Below the pieces are notes generated by a model. That model saw only the letters and a program-made list of their open reading frames with translations. It searched no databases and was not told the origin of the DNA. DNA of 64,000 bases, taken from positions 23,704,600 through 23,768,599 of the forward strand of contig OZ316896.1 of NCBI GenBank assembly GCA_973895155.1, in the 5' to 3' direction. Source of the stretch: Marsupella aquatica (Eukaryota; Plantae; Marchantiophyta). Numbering within the stretch: the first letter of the stretch is position 1; each line of letters opens with the position of its first letter. Position numbers and translations under genes: made by a program. Below are positions 1 through 12,265 of the stretch, piece after piece.

Positions 1-1167
1 ATCTAGTTTGCTGACGTTTGCAGAACGAGTGCGTCGTGACGAGTGAAGGAGGCGTTCTGGTTTTTTGACAAGCTATGGTGCTTGTTTTTCCCTAAACTGG
101 ATTACTCGTTGTGACGCTTGACTCGGAGGAAGAAACGCGAAGTGCTAAGGCTCAACGGAGAGATCGTGGTGAGACGGTCGTTTTGAGTCCGGGATTGGCA
201 CTTGACGCGGAGTGAAGGTGACGCAACTTAAGTTCTTTCTCTCGTGGAGCTTCAGACGTGCCGGTGCAATTCGGAAACATTTTCATGTCGGCGGTCATCA
301 CTTTTCTCATTGGAAACCAAAGCGGAGGCAGCTGAGGTTTGTAACACGGCCTTTGTGTCATTTTGGGCACATTTTTAAGGTTAGTTTAGGGCATTTTTTG
401 CCCCAATACGGCCCCAATACCCGACAAACCAGGTTTGCCATACGCCCCGGCGCGCACACCGGCCTCCCACACCCCTTTAAGCGTGAAAACGTGCTTTTTT
501 GGGCCCAAATACGGCCAAAAACGCCCATATACGGCCCAAAAACGCGAAAATACGCACGTTTTGACCCCTTTAAACCCGTTTTTTCACGTTTTTTGCTGTT
601 TATACGCGATTCTGGCCGCGAATACGCGCGCCTTTGCCAAGGGCTTTAAGACCCCTTTAGAGTGTGTTTTTCTGAAGAAAAAAAATTCTCTCCTCCTCCT
701 CATTGGTTGTGCCTCATCCCGGGCCCTGTGACCCTCCGTTTTAACCGCTCCGACAGGGGGAACGGCCCCCTGTGAGCCCTGTTGGACTGTGCGGGAATAT
801 TCCCGGAAAACAGAGAACTGTTTTTCGGCCGTCACACAAAGATTCCATCCGCCGCACGGTAACTTTTTTGGTTCTTTTTTGGTGAGGACGTTGCCACTGG
901 AGTTAGCAACGCGGCGCACCGATCACATCGTGATTCCGACGACAGGTTGTACTTGGTATTTCGGTTATTCTCCAAGGTTGTCAAAACGGGGGAGTTTCTC
1001 AAGGTTTTACCCACCCCGACCGAAATTTGAATAACTTTTCCGTCGAATTTTGATTTTGATTTCGGATTTCAGTATTGGACTCCTAGCTTCGTGGGCTACG
1101 CGGCGGTGTTGAGTTTTGAGTTTTATGAGAAGTTTCCAAAAAAGACATTTTTTTGTGATTGTTTCAT

Positions 1168-2235
1168 ATGAGTGACTCGGAGGATACTGGAAGAATTGGC
1201 GTCGGTGGAGCTTCAGGATCGCGACGGTCATACGGAGAGTCTGAGGAGGAGCTGCTACCATTTGAGGAGGAACTTATTACACCGGTACGGTCACCGGTAC
1301 GGTCACCGGTGCGGCGTGCAGTGGAGGAAGCTGTGTTACTACCAGAGCTGTCGGTAGTAGGGAAGAAGAGGGAGATGGCTAGATTTGGAGGAGTGAAGTT
1401 TGAGGTGGAGAAGTACGATGGTCGTACTGATTACTTGCTCTGGGAGAAGCAAGTGAAGGGTGTTCTACGGGCCATGGGCTTAGCTCATCTGCTTTCATCG
1501 CGAGAGCAGTATGAGGGAGAGGAGGAGATTTCAGTGAGGCAATGGAGACAGGAGCAGGTGATTGCTGTCAATGCAGTGATGCTATATCTCAAGCCGCACA
1601 TCATCAAGCAGCTGGATGATTATGCGGATTGCGCGTCACTGTTCAAGGCTCTAAGAGAGAAGTACTACCGGGAAGATGCGTCAGACCGGCTGTACAAGAA
1701 GTCTCTCTTGATGAGCCTCAGGCTCAAGGAAGGGAGCAAGATGCAGGATCACCTGAATGAATTTGACAGTCTTGCGGTGGATCTGTCAAACCTGGGAAAA
1801 GGAGTTGAAGATGAGGATAAGGCCTTGCTTCTGCTAAGCTCCTTACCGCCGTCTTATCAGGGCTTGAAACAGGTTCTCTTGTACAGAGATCTGAAGTCCA
1901 TTTTGTATAATGAGGTGGTAAGCTCTTTACTGTCTGATGATGCTCAGAAGAAGCTGGGTCAATCACAGACAGCATCTTCTTCTGGCACTGCGCTCAATGT
2001 GAACAGGGGAAGAGCAACGCAGCGCACGAATGGGCAGAACAGGTTTAGATCTACATCACGGGGGAGATCTAAATCCAGAGGAAAATCGCAAGAGAGGAAG
2101 CCTCTTGCATGTTGGAATTGTGGCAAGCCAGGCCACATGAAAAGGGATTGTCGAGTAAAGGTCCCTATTGCCTCTGCTAATGCGGCATCGAGCTCGCATG
2201 AGGTAGATTTACTCGATGATGATGACATATTGTGA
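1168..2235 (+). CDS. gag: Copia gag (UBN2-type capsid domain plus CCHC zinc knuckle)
   Basis: Open frame with first ATG at 1168; KFEVEKYDGRTDYLLWEKQVK; LLLSSLPPSY; CWNCGKPGHMKRDC; ends at TGA 2233-2235. Confidence 0.9.
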   Translation: MSDSEDTGRIGVGGASGSRRSYGESEEELLPFEEELITPVRSPVRSPVRRAVEEAVLLPELSVVGKKREMARFGGVKFEVEKYDGRTDYLLWEKQVKGVLRAMGLAHLLSSREQYEGEEEISVRQWRQEQVIAVNAVMLYLKPHIIKQLDDYADCASLFKALREKYYREDASDRLYKKSLLMSLRLKEGSKMQDHLNEFDSLAVDLSNLGKGVEDEDKALLLLSSLPPSYQGLKQVLLYRDLKSILYNEVVSSLLSDDAQKKLGQSQTASSSGTALNVNRGRATQRTNGQNRFRSTSRGRSKSRGKSQERKPLACWNCGKPGHMKRDCRVKVPIASANAASSSHEVDLLDDDDIL

Positions 2236-5200
2236 TGTCAAGGTTATGCTCTCAACGTAGTGTCAAATCCAGGTAGTGATGACTGGATTCTAGATAGTGC
2301 ATGTACTTTTCATATTTGCTCTAGAAGAGATTATTTCAGTTCTTACACGGTTTCCAACGGGTCAGTGTTGATGGGAAATGGAATCCCATGTCAAGTTGTT
2401 GGACTTGGATCTGTAAGATTTCAGATGTTTGATGGTGTTGTGAGAACATTGAGGAATGTGAGACATATTCCCAGCATGATGAAAAATCTCATTTCACTTG
2501 GAGTTTTAGAGGCAAATGACCATCAGTGGAGTTCTGCTAATGGTGTCCTTCAGGTTTCAACTGGTACTAAAGTTGTATTGAAGGGAAAGAGATATTGCAA
2601 TCTATACGTTTTGGAGAGCAGTGTAGTCTGTGATGAAGCCAATGTAACCTTATCTCATGAGGAGACGGCCCGGCTGTGGCACTTCCGTTTGGGCCACATG
2701 AGTGAAAAAGGTTTGGTTATTCTTCAGAAGAAAGGATTATTTTCTAATTTGCAATCTTGTAAGTGGTCAAAAGCAAGCTAGAGGGGTACTGAAAGGATCT
2801 CCATTTTCTCCACCAAAAGGACATAGGTCCTTGGTAAAAGCAATCACTAGAGGACAAAAAGACCAAAATGTTACATGGAATGGCCAGGATTGTTTTGGTG
2901 AGATTGAAAGGTAAGATCTTGCATGCCAAATCTTTGGAAGTGTGTCCACATATTTCGGAATTTAAGAAGAGTGCCCAATCTTTTTGGAAGTGTGCACAAT
3001 CTTTTTGGAAGTGTGCCCAACCTTTTTGGGAGTGTGCTCAGCTAAATCTTAATGACATTTATACTCCTTTCACTCTCCTTTTTGAGCTAGTCCTTGGGGA
3101 CTCCTTTGGTACCCCTCTAGCTTGCTTTTGACCAAGTTGGAATTTTGTGAACACTGTGTGCTAGGGAAGCAGCACAGGAAACCCTTCGGAGTTGGAACTC
3201 ACACCAGCAAGGAGGTACTTGAGTATGTACATAGTGATGTGCGGGGTCCCGCCCCTACTCCCTCACATTCTGGACGGTTATACAATGTCACGTTCATTGA
3301 CGATTACTCAAGGTATGTGTGGATATACTTTCTACACAATAAGTCTGATGTTTTTGCCACTTTTAAGGAGTGAAAAGCCCAAGTTGAAAATCAGACTGGT
3401 AATAAGGTGAGATATCTTCGATCGGATAACGGCGGTGAATACAGTTCCGGTGAATTTGGAACGTATTGTAAGGAGCAGGGGATTACCCGCCATCTCACAA
3501 CAAGCTATACTCCTTAGCAGAATGGTGTTTTTGAGAGACTCAACCGAACACTATTGGACCGCTCGAGGAGTATGTTGAGTCAATCATGCTTACCACATGA
3601 ATTTTGGGCTGAAGCTGTCAACACTGCAGCTTATTTGGTAAATTTTTCTCCATCCAGTTCTATTGGATTCAAGACGCCATTTGAAATGAGGTACGAGCGT
3701 CCAGCAGATTACTCACATCTGAGGATTTTTGGATGTGATGCTTATGTGCTTACACCTTCCCAGCTTCGATCCAAGCTGGAGTCCAAGTCGAAGAAGTGCA
3801 TTTTCCTTGGTTATCAGAAAGGTGTGAAGGGTTATAGGTTATGGGATCCAGTAACCTGTAAGCTAATTGTCAGTAGAGATGTGTCCTTTAATGAATCCAG
3901 ATCATCAAAGGAGGGGGAGAGTTCAGGACTCCCATACTGACAAGGGGAAATCTCCCATCCCGGACCGGGTTGAGGGGGAGATTAGTCATGATGCAGTTCA
4001 TGACGGGAGAGATGGAGAAGCTCCGGGCTTGGAGCTGGTTCCTGTGATGGAACAAGAGGAGAAAATTGTTGTTGGGGTACCTCAAATTCAACCAGCAGCA
4101 GCAATAGATCAGTCTGAGTCATCTACTAGAAGAACTTCCAGTCGTTCTACTAGAGCTCCTACCAGGTATGGTCAATGGGCAAACTCATCTAAGCTAGATG
4201 ATATTGACATTGCACCTGATGAAGATGACATGGCTTTGATCTTGGAAGAAGGAGAGCCTTCTTCGTATAGTGAGGCTTGTGCTTCAGAGCAGAAGCATGA
4301 GTGGAATGCAGCAATGCAGAGGGAGTTGCAATCTTTGAGTGACAACAAGACATGGGAGCTGGTGGAGCTTCCAAGAGGTCAGCAAGTGGTGGACAGTCCT
4401 TCAGAGGGTGGAGATAAGATCTACAAGGCAAGGCTTGTTGCCAAGGGGTTCACTCAGGAGAAAGGAGTGGACTACAATGAGGTCTTTTCACCGGTGGCTA
4501 AGTATTCCACAATACGGATCTTGTGTCAGCTTGTTGTATTGTTTGGTCTGGTGATGGATCAGATGGATGTTGTTACTGCTTTTCTCTATGGCAACTTAGA
4601 AGAGATGATCTTCATGAGACAGCCACTAGGCTTTATGAAGAAGGGCCAAGAGAACTTAGTTTGCAGATTGCTCAAGTCCTTGTATGGATTGAAGCAGTCT
4701 CCCAGACAGTGGAACAAGCGGTTTGATGATTTCATGTTTGCTCAAGGTTTTACAAGGATGGTGTATGATCCCTGTGTGTATACGAAATCAGTCAAGAATG
4801 ATATATTTGGTTTCATCATTCTGGTTATCTATGTGGATGACATGTTGATTGTGGCTAAAGATCAATCTGAGGTTGATAGTCTCAAGGCGAAATTGAGTGC
4901 TGAATTCAGGATGAAGGATCTTGGTAAGGCCAAGAGAATCTTAGGGATGGAGATTTTTAGGAACTCTGAGACTGGACAGTTGTGCTTGAGTCAAGGCCAG
5001 TATGCGAGGAAAGTACTTGCACGATTCAACATGGAGAACTGTAAGCCAGTGAGTATTCCTTTAACTTCACATTTTAAGTTATCATCGGCTTTCTCTCCTA
5101 CGGATGCTGTGGAGAAAGGTCTGATGGCTAAGATTCCTTATGAGAAGGCAGTAGGCAGTCTGATGTATTTGATGACTTGTACTAGGCCTGACTTGGCCCT

Positions 5201-5798
5201 AGCGATGGGCAAGGTTAGCAGATTCATGTCAAATCCAGGGAAGGTACATTGGGAAGCTGTGAAGTGGATTCTCAGGTATCTGAAGGGAACAGAGGACTAT
5301 GGATTACTATTTGATAACAGATCAAATAGAACGTTAGTTGGCTATGTAGATTCTGACTATGGAGGCTGTCTGGATACAAGGAGATCTACAACTGGGTTTG
5401 TATACACTCTTGGAGGAGGATGTATCAGTTGGAAATCTACCTTGCAGAAGTGCATATCTCAGTCTACTACAGAAGCAGAGTATGTTGCAGCAGCAGAAGC
5501 TGCAAAGGAAGCAATTTGGTTGGATAAGTTGATCGCGGAGATGGGTTTAGAGCATGGAAAAATGACTCTAAACTGTGATAGTCAGAGTGCTCTTCACTTG
5601 GCTGCTAACCAGGTGATGGATAGCAGGGTGAAGCACATTGATATCAGGTACCATTTTATCAGGCAATCAGTGTCTGATAAAACTTTTGAGCTAGTCAAGA
5701 TTGATGGAAAGCTCAATCCCGCTGATGCCTTTACCAAAGTGATTCCTTTGGAGAGTTTCTCAAGACACCGTGCTACTTTGCAGGTTTTGCAGTTGTAG
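2236..5798 (+). pseudogene. pol: Copia pol (PR-IN-RT-RH), disrupted
   Basis: In frame with gag after one TGA. Interrupted by a MITE at 2765-3133, stops near 3371 and 3515, a frameshift near 3915 and a short in-frame deletion in RT (KWIYKLKD of copy 2 is missing). Confidence 0.92.
2765..3133. mobile_element. 369-bp MITE (non-autonomous TIR element) with 4-bp TSD AAGT
   Basis: 25-bp perfect TIR GGTCAAAAGCAAGCTAGAGGGGTAC. AAGT at 2761-2764 and 3134-3137. Removing the element restores the pol peptide SCKLEFCEHC. Internal ~21-bp tandem units (TCTTTTTGGAAGTGTGCMCAA). Confidence 0.93.
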
Positions 5799-5992
5799 TG
5801 CAAGTAGAGTTATTTAGCAATATGTGACTATTTGTATATGGATTACTCATTCCTGTTAGGCTACGGCTTAGTTCTAGTTAACCCTTAGTTAACCCTTGTG
5901 GTTTTTAGGGGGAGACCTGGTTTGGTGATTGTCTAGAACTTCCCGCTGAGGATTCCATATGGTAGCTTATTCCAGTCCCCAAGACAAGAGTC

Positions 5993-6001
5993 AAGGGGGA
6001 G
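5993..6001 (+). promoter_or_regulatory. Polypurine tract of Copia copy 1
   Basis: AAGGGGGAG just before the LTR TG; the same motif precedes the 3' LTR of copy 2 (47103-47112). Confidence 0.85.
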
Positions 6002-6003
6002 TT

Positions 6004-6347
6004 TGTTAGATATTACTCTAGTCTTGTGACTCATGAGCTAACCACAGTTAGTCTAACTCGGGTTAGGACTTAGCTAATGTTAGCGCTAGTGCTGTTGTGC
6101 ATATAGCCAGGGCTGATGCCAGACCCTGGTGGAACTTAGGCTCATTGTTACGGAGCTAGTTGAGAGATAGGGAGAGCTTGTGCTGTGGATGCTTGGTATG
6201 GCCGGTCGGCCTAGAGTGCAGTAAAGCTCTTGTGTGTTCCCGTGGACGTAGCCTCATGTGGAGGTGAACCACGTATCTCTCTGTGTCGACTATTGTGCGT
6301 TGGATGGTTCATGGGCTTGCCGTTGCGAATGTCGTCTATGCTCAACA
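6004..6347 (+). repeat. Copia LTR (344 bp)
   Basis: TGTTAG...CTCAACA; homologous to the LTRs at 31558-31898, 47114-47454 and 48939-49295. Confidence 0.92.
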
Positions 6348-6349
6348 AG

Positions 6350-6361
6350 TGGTATCAGAGC
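6350..6361 (+). promoter_or_regulatory. Primer binding site (initiator tRNA-Met) downstream of an LTR in the 3' position
   Basis: TGGTATCAGAGC 2 nt after the LTR end, followed by leader sequence homologous to 31901-32160. Confidence 0.9.
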
Positions 6362-6590
6362 ATGCCTGGGAGGTGACGAGGTTTTTTCGTGACAGGTTTT
6401 TCCAGCGTTCATTGTTGATGGTACATTCGGAGTTTCATCGCATGAAACTCAAATGTATGTGGTTGTGCGGATAGGTTAGTGAGAGGGCTTTCTAACGGTG
6501 GTTAGAACTCGTTGATCGGTATCCGTGGTGCGGAGGATTTGATGCGTCGTTCAGGGTTTATTCGTGTTCGACGGTATTTCGGGGGAGAAA

Positions 6591-6659
6591 CTCTATGTCG
6601 ACTATTGTGCGTTGGATGGTTCATGGGCTTGCCGTTGCGAATGTCGTCTATGCTCAACA
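6591..6659 (+). repeat. Second copy of the LTR 3' end (U5 fragment)
   Basis: Near-identical to 6279-6347 and ends ...ATGCTCAACA. Confidence 0.9.
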
Positions 6660-9645
6660 AAAGCCTAAAAGAGCCGATGCCGGCCCCTAGTAAGAGCCCA
6701 ATAAGAAAAGGCAAAGCCCTTCACCATGTCACAAAGTCGTCCTTCCTTCCTAGCCACCTCCTTCTCTCAATGATCGCATCCCTGGCCAGGAGGAGCCGCG
6801 AGTGCTTGCGGCAGGGGCCAAAAGTCTCACACAACCCATGAATGTTGTCAGCCATTTCAGAGAGGACTAGTTTTAAATTGAAGGAGCGTCTTATCAGGGG
6901 ATTGAAAAGTTGTTCATTTTTGTCATTCCACAAAGTCCACAAGACCTGATATACTGTGAAGGCCATGAGTGTGTGTGTATAGCGGGGGCCTTTGAAAGAG
7001 CCAAGCAGCTGCATAATATCCGCCAGAGGCCAGAGGATGATACCAGGAAAAGACTGAAATGCCAAACTCCAACATGTACGAGCAAATTTACACTTTAAGA
7101 AGAGATGAGGGATGGATTCCAGTTCCGTAGAGCAGATTTGGCACATACCATTGCTCTTCCCAATTCTAAGGCCCCGGGTGCCTGTAAAAAGTCCTTGTGC
7201 AAGTATTCTCCAGACAAAGGTACGGGATTTCAGAGGTAAGTCCGAAGTCCAGAGTGACAGCCATAGGTTGTTCCATTCCAGCTCCATGAAAGCAGTATGC
7301 CAGATCCCATTTAGCTGTCTGTAGTCAGTTCCTTTTGGTTTGAGCAACTGATACATGCGTGCATTAGGTAGTGTGAATCTCCTTAGTGATTCAGGTTTGT
7401 CCGACCAGTGCCATTGCCCTGCAAAAGCGTGCCCAGACCGCATTTGATCTGTAAAGCGGGTGATTTTGCTCAAGAATCCCTTGCTCAATTCTTTAGTCCT
7501 GTCATCCAGGCCTCTCACTCTAGCTAATTTGCTGGAATAAAAAGCGATATTGCTTGGAGAAGGCTCTTTCAGATTTGCTATATCTCGAATCCCAATCCTG
7601 CCGCAAGTCCTGCTAATAGCACAAATTGTGTCTTCCCCAAGATCTTGCAAGCCCTCCATGCATCGAATCACATCCTCCACCCGCCACCGTTTTGCCACTG
7701 CAGTGTCCCTAGGAGAAAAATGAGATGTGTACATAACGTCTCCCATGATTGCTAGAGACTTCCAGTGTATCTCATTCCACTGAAGGCCTGCGGGTAACAC
7801 AGTAAGAGTCAATCCGGAAAAGAATATTTGTTCCGCCTGATGGTTTTGGCATTACGCCATTTAGCCAGACAGAGGTTAGCTGCAAACAACCTAGCTTATT
7901 CAGAGGATGGCTGATCTAGAGCCCTGTTAAACCATTGGCAAAGTAAGGCATCCGAGTGAGCCCTGAAATCTTTCAGACCTATACTTGCATGAATCTTGGG
8001 GCGGGAGAGTGTTTTCCAGGCAACAAGGCCAGGGCAGCTTTCTTCCACCGTCAACATTAAATCCCAAGAGGAAATCCCTGCAGAGTGCTACTAACTTAGT
8101 GACCAAGTTGTTCGAAGAATGCAGGAACATCATGTGGTATATGGGAATTGCCTGTAGGATGTGTTTGACAAGGATGGTACGTCCAGTGAACGAGAGGAAC
8201 CTATTGGCCCAAGTTGAGAGTCTGGTACCAATTTTGTCTAGGCAGAAGGTGTGAAGTTGTGTTGAATTCAGGCCCCATCCCATCGGGGCACCAAGATACC
8301 TTTGAATCTCACCACGTTTACTGATCTTGCATCCCGTTCTGATGAGCCAATCTGGTATGCTCTCCATGGCCAAAGGGATAACGGTAGACTTATGGAGATT
8401 CAACTTTGCTCCAGAAGCCAATTCATAGCAAGCAAGCACCCCCTTGGCGCCATTAAAGTCCTCTTCATAAGCCAGTATGAACATGCCCATGTCGTCTGCA
8501 AAAAGCCTGTAGCTGATCATGAGAATATCAGAGATCTTGACCCCCTTAAATCTCCCGATCGAGATTTCAGAATCCAAGTGATCCATCAATGGCTGAGTCG
8601 CAAGGACAAAGAGTAGTGGAGATAAAGGGCAACCTTAACGAACTCCTTTCCTCATCTGAATATCCTTGGAGAAGAAACCGTTGATATGCACTTGAGAGCT
8701 AGCACTACTAATAAGTGATCAAAACAGGCTAATAAAGTGCAAGCCTAGACCCAGGAGGTGAAGAGTCTCCCAGATATAAGAATGAGAAACCCTGTCGAAG
8801 GCTTTCTTGAAATCCAATTGTAGGAATAGCGACTCTTGTTTCTGCTTGGTTACCCAATCCACCGTCAGCCAGGCAATGGAGATGTTTTCTAGTATATGCC
8901 AGCCTGGTATAAAGCCCGTTTGCTGCGGACTGATAAGCTTTTGCAGAAGAGGTTTGAGACAGAGAGCTAAAATCTTTGCAATCAGTTTGTATTCAGTATT
9001 GAGCATTGTTAGCAGCCTCCAATCTTTCAATGTGCGTTTGTCTGGCTTATTTGGGATGAGCTTAATAATGCCTTCTTTGATTTGCAATGCCAGAACTCCT
9101 GTCCGCCAGAAGTCCAAAATCATGTGCATCAAGTCCTCCTTGATAAATTCCCAGCATGAGCAAAAGACCTCCACCGTCAGTCCATTTGGGCCTGGGGCTT
9201 TATCTAAAGGTAGCAACCATAATGTGGCACGGATTTCATCTATAGTCGGAGGTTTTTCAAGCCTGTGAATCTCAGCCACCGATAGAGCCTTGCTAGTATT
9301 CTTGAAGAGGATGCGCCGTGCTTCCCTCACCGCCGTGGATTCGCTGCTAGCCACCTCGTCATCTGCTTCATAGAGGTCAATAAATTGATGTTCCACCTCT
9401 TCAAGTATCCTTTTTTCCTGTGTAATTACTGTTCCATTCTCCAAAAGCAATGAGGCCATATTTTCTCTGCTCCGTTTGGCTTTGATGCTGGTGAAATAGA
9501 ACTTAGATGGCTCATCACCCTGTCCTAGCCACCTGAGTCTTGAGAGCCGCCGACCATGTTGTGCCTCTTCGTGTTTTGCAGATCTCATTTCTTCCTCCGC
9601 AGTAGCATAATCTTTAATATCCTTGTCTGAGTAGTCACTGATCAT
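6660..9645 (-). mobile_element. Decayed L1-type LINE ORF2 (RT and zf-RVT region), 5'-truncated
   Basis: ORF pieces 8719-9774 (KAPGPNG, QTGFIPG, LDFKKAFDRV), 7927-8589 (LFADD, RYLGAP) and 6721-7812 (CQICSTELESIPHLFLKC); frameshifted. Confidence 0.9.
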
Positions 9646-10194
9646 AGCTAACTTTAGTGCCCAATGTTTTTCTCTTAGGCCCCGTGTCGAAGCTTCTTGC
9701 GCTAACGTATGAACTAATTGAACGAGACAGACTGCTAGTAGAGCTAACGTTGCTAGGGTAATTATAAAGTGCAAGCAAACACTAGATTTTTTGCTTGCAC
9801 AGGGAAGTTTTTGCTTTTTTCCGACCCATATTCACCTTTGGCAAATGTCTCGCTAGCCTAAAAACAATTTTTTTCCATACTAAAAAAGGCTCGAGGGTTT
9901 CACTTCCACAAAAATGGCATATCACGTGCGACGAAGGATATGGTTGTTTTATTGGTTCTAAGGGAAGACTTAAGAATTTTGCAGAAGTACAATAGGGTCT
10001 TTTAAATTCAATTTTGAGACTTATAAGAACATTAGAGTCTTTTTAATCCAATTTTTGGAATATTCCAAGAACATTTCAACTTTATAGGGGTTTTTTTTTA
10101 AATCTTACATTTTTAGGGGGTTTGAGGCCTAAAAACGTCGCAGGTGATGGGGAGGTCCCCCCAAAAGTGAGACCCCCGAGCTAAAAAGAGAACA

Positions 10195-11235
10195 AATTCC
10201 TCTTGAGTCTCGTTCAAATCCCCGCAAGACTCCTCTAGCTCCTTTTGCATTTCCTTCAATTCCTTCCGCAAGGCCGCCCTTTCCTCCTGGGTTGCTCTTA
10301 GCTCCTTGTCGAGCTCCTGGATGACCTCAAACTCCAGTTTGTTCATCTTGGCGTAGGTTTGATCGATTATGTCGTCCCTCTTACGCAAGTCGGATTGGAA
10401 ATTGGCCGTCAAGGTTGTAATCTCCTCCTGTAGTTGATAGACGCCTCAATAGGTTCTATCCAACTTGACACTCTTTTGCTAAATGGCTTCGCGGATATCC
10501 TCATGACAAGCTTCCCCTTCAGTGCCCTCTCCTTCCTCTGCGTCTCCGCCATGGCCCGGTTGCAGTTTGTTATATGAGCCTACTCTGCGTCCTTCAGTTC
10601 ATGCTTCCACTTCTTCTTCTCCATGAGCGCGTCAGCCAACTACCCTTGGGTTTGGGCAAGTTTATTTTTGATTAACTCGTTATCCGCGTTGGCTGTATCC
10701 AGTTGCCCCTGCATGATGCTTAGCTCATGCTTCCTAACCCGCAGCTCGTCTTGAGCCTGCTTGGCTGCCTTTAGGTATCCTGTCTCGACTTCCTTCTCCC
10801 TAAGCCGTCGGATGACCTCTTCCTTCTTCATTCTCTCCAAGGCTACCGCCTGTTCCAACCGGCTTTTATCCAACCTCTCCCTTTGGATAAAAGGTCCCTT
10901 CTCCAACTCTTCCCCAAAGATGCCAAGAGTAAGTTCCCCGCACATCTTCTCGTACTCTAGGGCTCTGCTACGCGCATATGTGGAGTGAGTAGGAGACACC
11001 GACATCTCCCAACGCGGTTTTTGTTCCCATGCCGCCTTCCGGATCTCATTGAATGTGGGTAGGCGCCCGTCTTGTTCTTCTGCAAGCCGTCAAATGTCTT
11101 TCGGCCATCCTCCGCCCGATAAATCCTTTTCCTTGGCTAGGGTTGCCTTCTCCAGATCTTTGAGACGCTCTTGTAACTCTTGCGTTGCCTGCTTCATCCC
11201 GTCGTAATTTGGAGGGAGAACGTTATCCGGATGAC
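10195..11235 (-). pseudogene. Fragment of the giant-LTR coiled-coil ORF (third copy)
   Basis: Peptides HSTYARSRALEYEKMCGELTLGIFGEELE and TANFQSDLRKRDD align with 28177-28824 and 37560-38590; contains multiple stops. Confidence 0.88.
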
Positions 11236-11859
11236 CGTGTTTTTTGGTAAGAGCATGTTGGCTCTTATGAAGTCAACCTTGCATGCCCATAAGTTCTACA
11301 CTAAAACCAAAATGATAACTCTTGTAAGAAGGGTAGTGGGTATTAAGAAAGGTTCAAGTGAAACTAATATACTATTAAATCCCACTTCACCATACTTGCG
11401 GATTAACACCTCTCAGAAACTAATTTTTCTACGATATATGATCATAATATCTCCAAGAGAAAATGAAATAGGAATGTCATCTGGACTCCTATTTAGATCC
11501 ATGACTTCAATAGAGGACAAAGATAATGCACTCCCACTCCTCTCGGTAAAACACTACTAGGTATACTATTGGTTCATTAAAACTCATAACAATAGATGCA
11601 AATTGAGCTTCAACATGATAGGTTAGATGTTGTCTCATTGATGGCTTGTCTAAAAGATAGACTCTAACCAAAAATGGGTTACGAAGAAGAAGATTAGGGA
11701 TATCTCTCCCTCCTAGATTCATAATGACTCTCTTGTTCCTTTGACCCTCACCATTTTATTTATATTGAATTCAAGAGGGCATGGATTATGCCCAAACGCT
11801 TAGATAAAAGCCAAGTGGCACACATCCAATGTGAGAATGTGTGCTAGTACTATTGCAAT

Positions 11860-12265
11860 CAAAACAAATGATGCATGCAAGTAAAATAACTAATGCATGC
11901 ACCTAAAACAATTTATACATGTATGCACCTTGTGGCTTGCACATTTGCTCACCTTGCATGTGCATAAAATAATTAATGCATACAAATAAAACAATTTGCA
12001 TGTATTTAAAACAATTTATGCATGCACCTTGTGGCTTGCACATTTGCTCACCTTGCATGCACATAAAACAACTAATGCATGCAAATAAAATAATTTGCAT
12101 GCATCTAAAATAATTTGTACATGCACCTTGTGGCTTACACATTTGTTCACCTTGCATGCACATAAAACGACTATTGCATGCAAATAAAATAATTTATATA
12201 TGCATCCAAACAATTTGTGCATGTATCTTGTGGTTTGCATAGCTACTTACCTTGTATGCACATAA
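11860..12265. repeat. Tandem repeat, ~99-bp unit, ~4 copies
   Basis: ATGCACCTTGTGGCTT recurs at ~11923, 12022 and 12121, with a degenerate copy at ~12221. Confidence 0.88.

Larger units (their letters stand above)
1..6347 (+). mobile_element. Ty1/Copia LTR retrotransposon, copy 1 (5' LTR lies upstream of the window)
   Basis: Long leader, then gag (zinc knuckle CWNCGKPGHMKRDC), protease (WILDSACTFH), GAG-pre-integrase, integrase, RT (YKARLVAKGF, YVDDML) and RNase H (DADY-like DSDY, STTEAEY) in Copia order, followed by PPT and LTR. Confidence 0.95.

Noticed and set aside
9646-10194. Possible TIR element between the LINE and the ORF fragment; hydrophobic N-terminus of ORF 8719-9774
   Set aside because: The inverted match is weak with no convincing TSD. 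The apparent signal peptide is read-in from unrelated flanking DNA.
11236-11800. Possible degenerate retrotransposon coding fragment
   Set aside because: Too decayed for any diagnostic motif to be supported.
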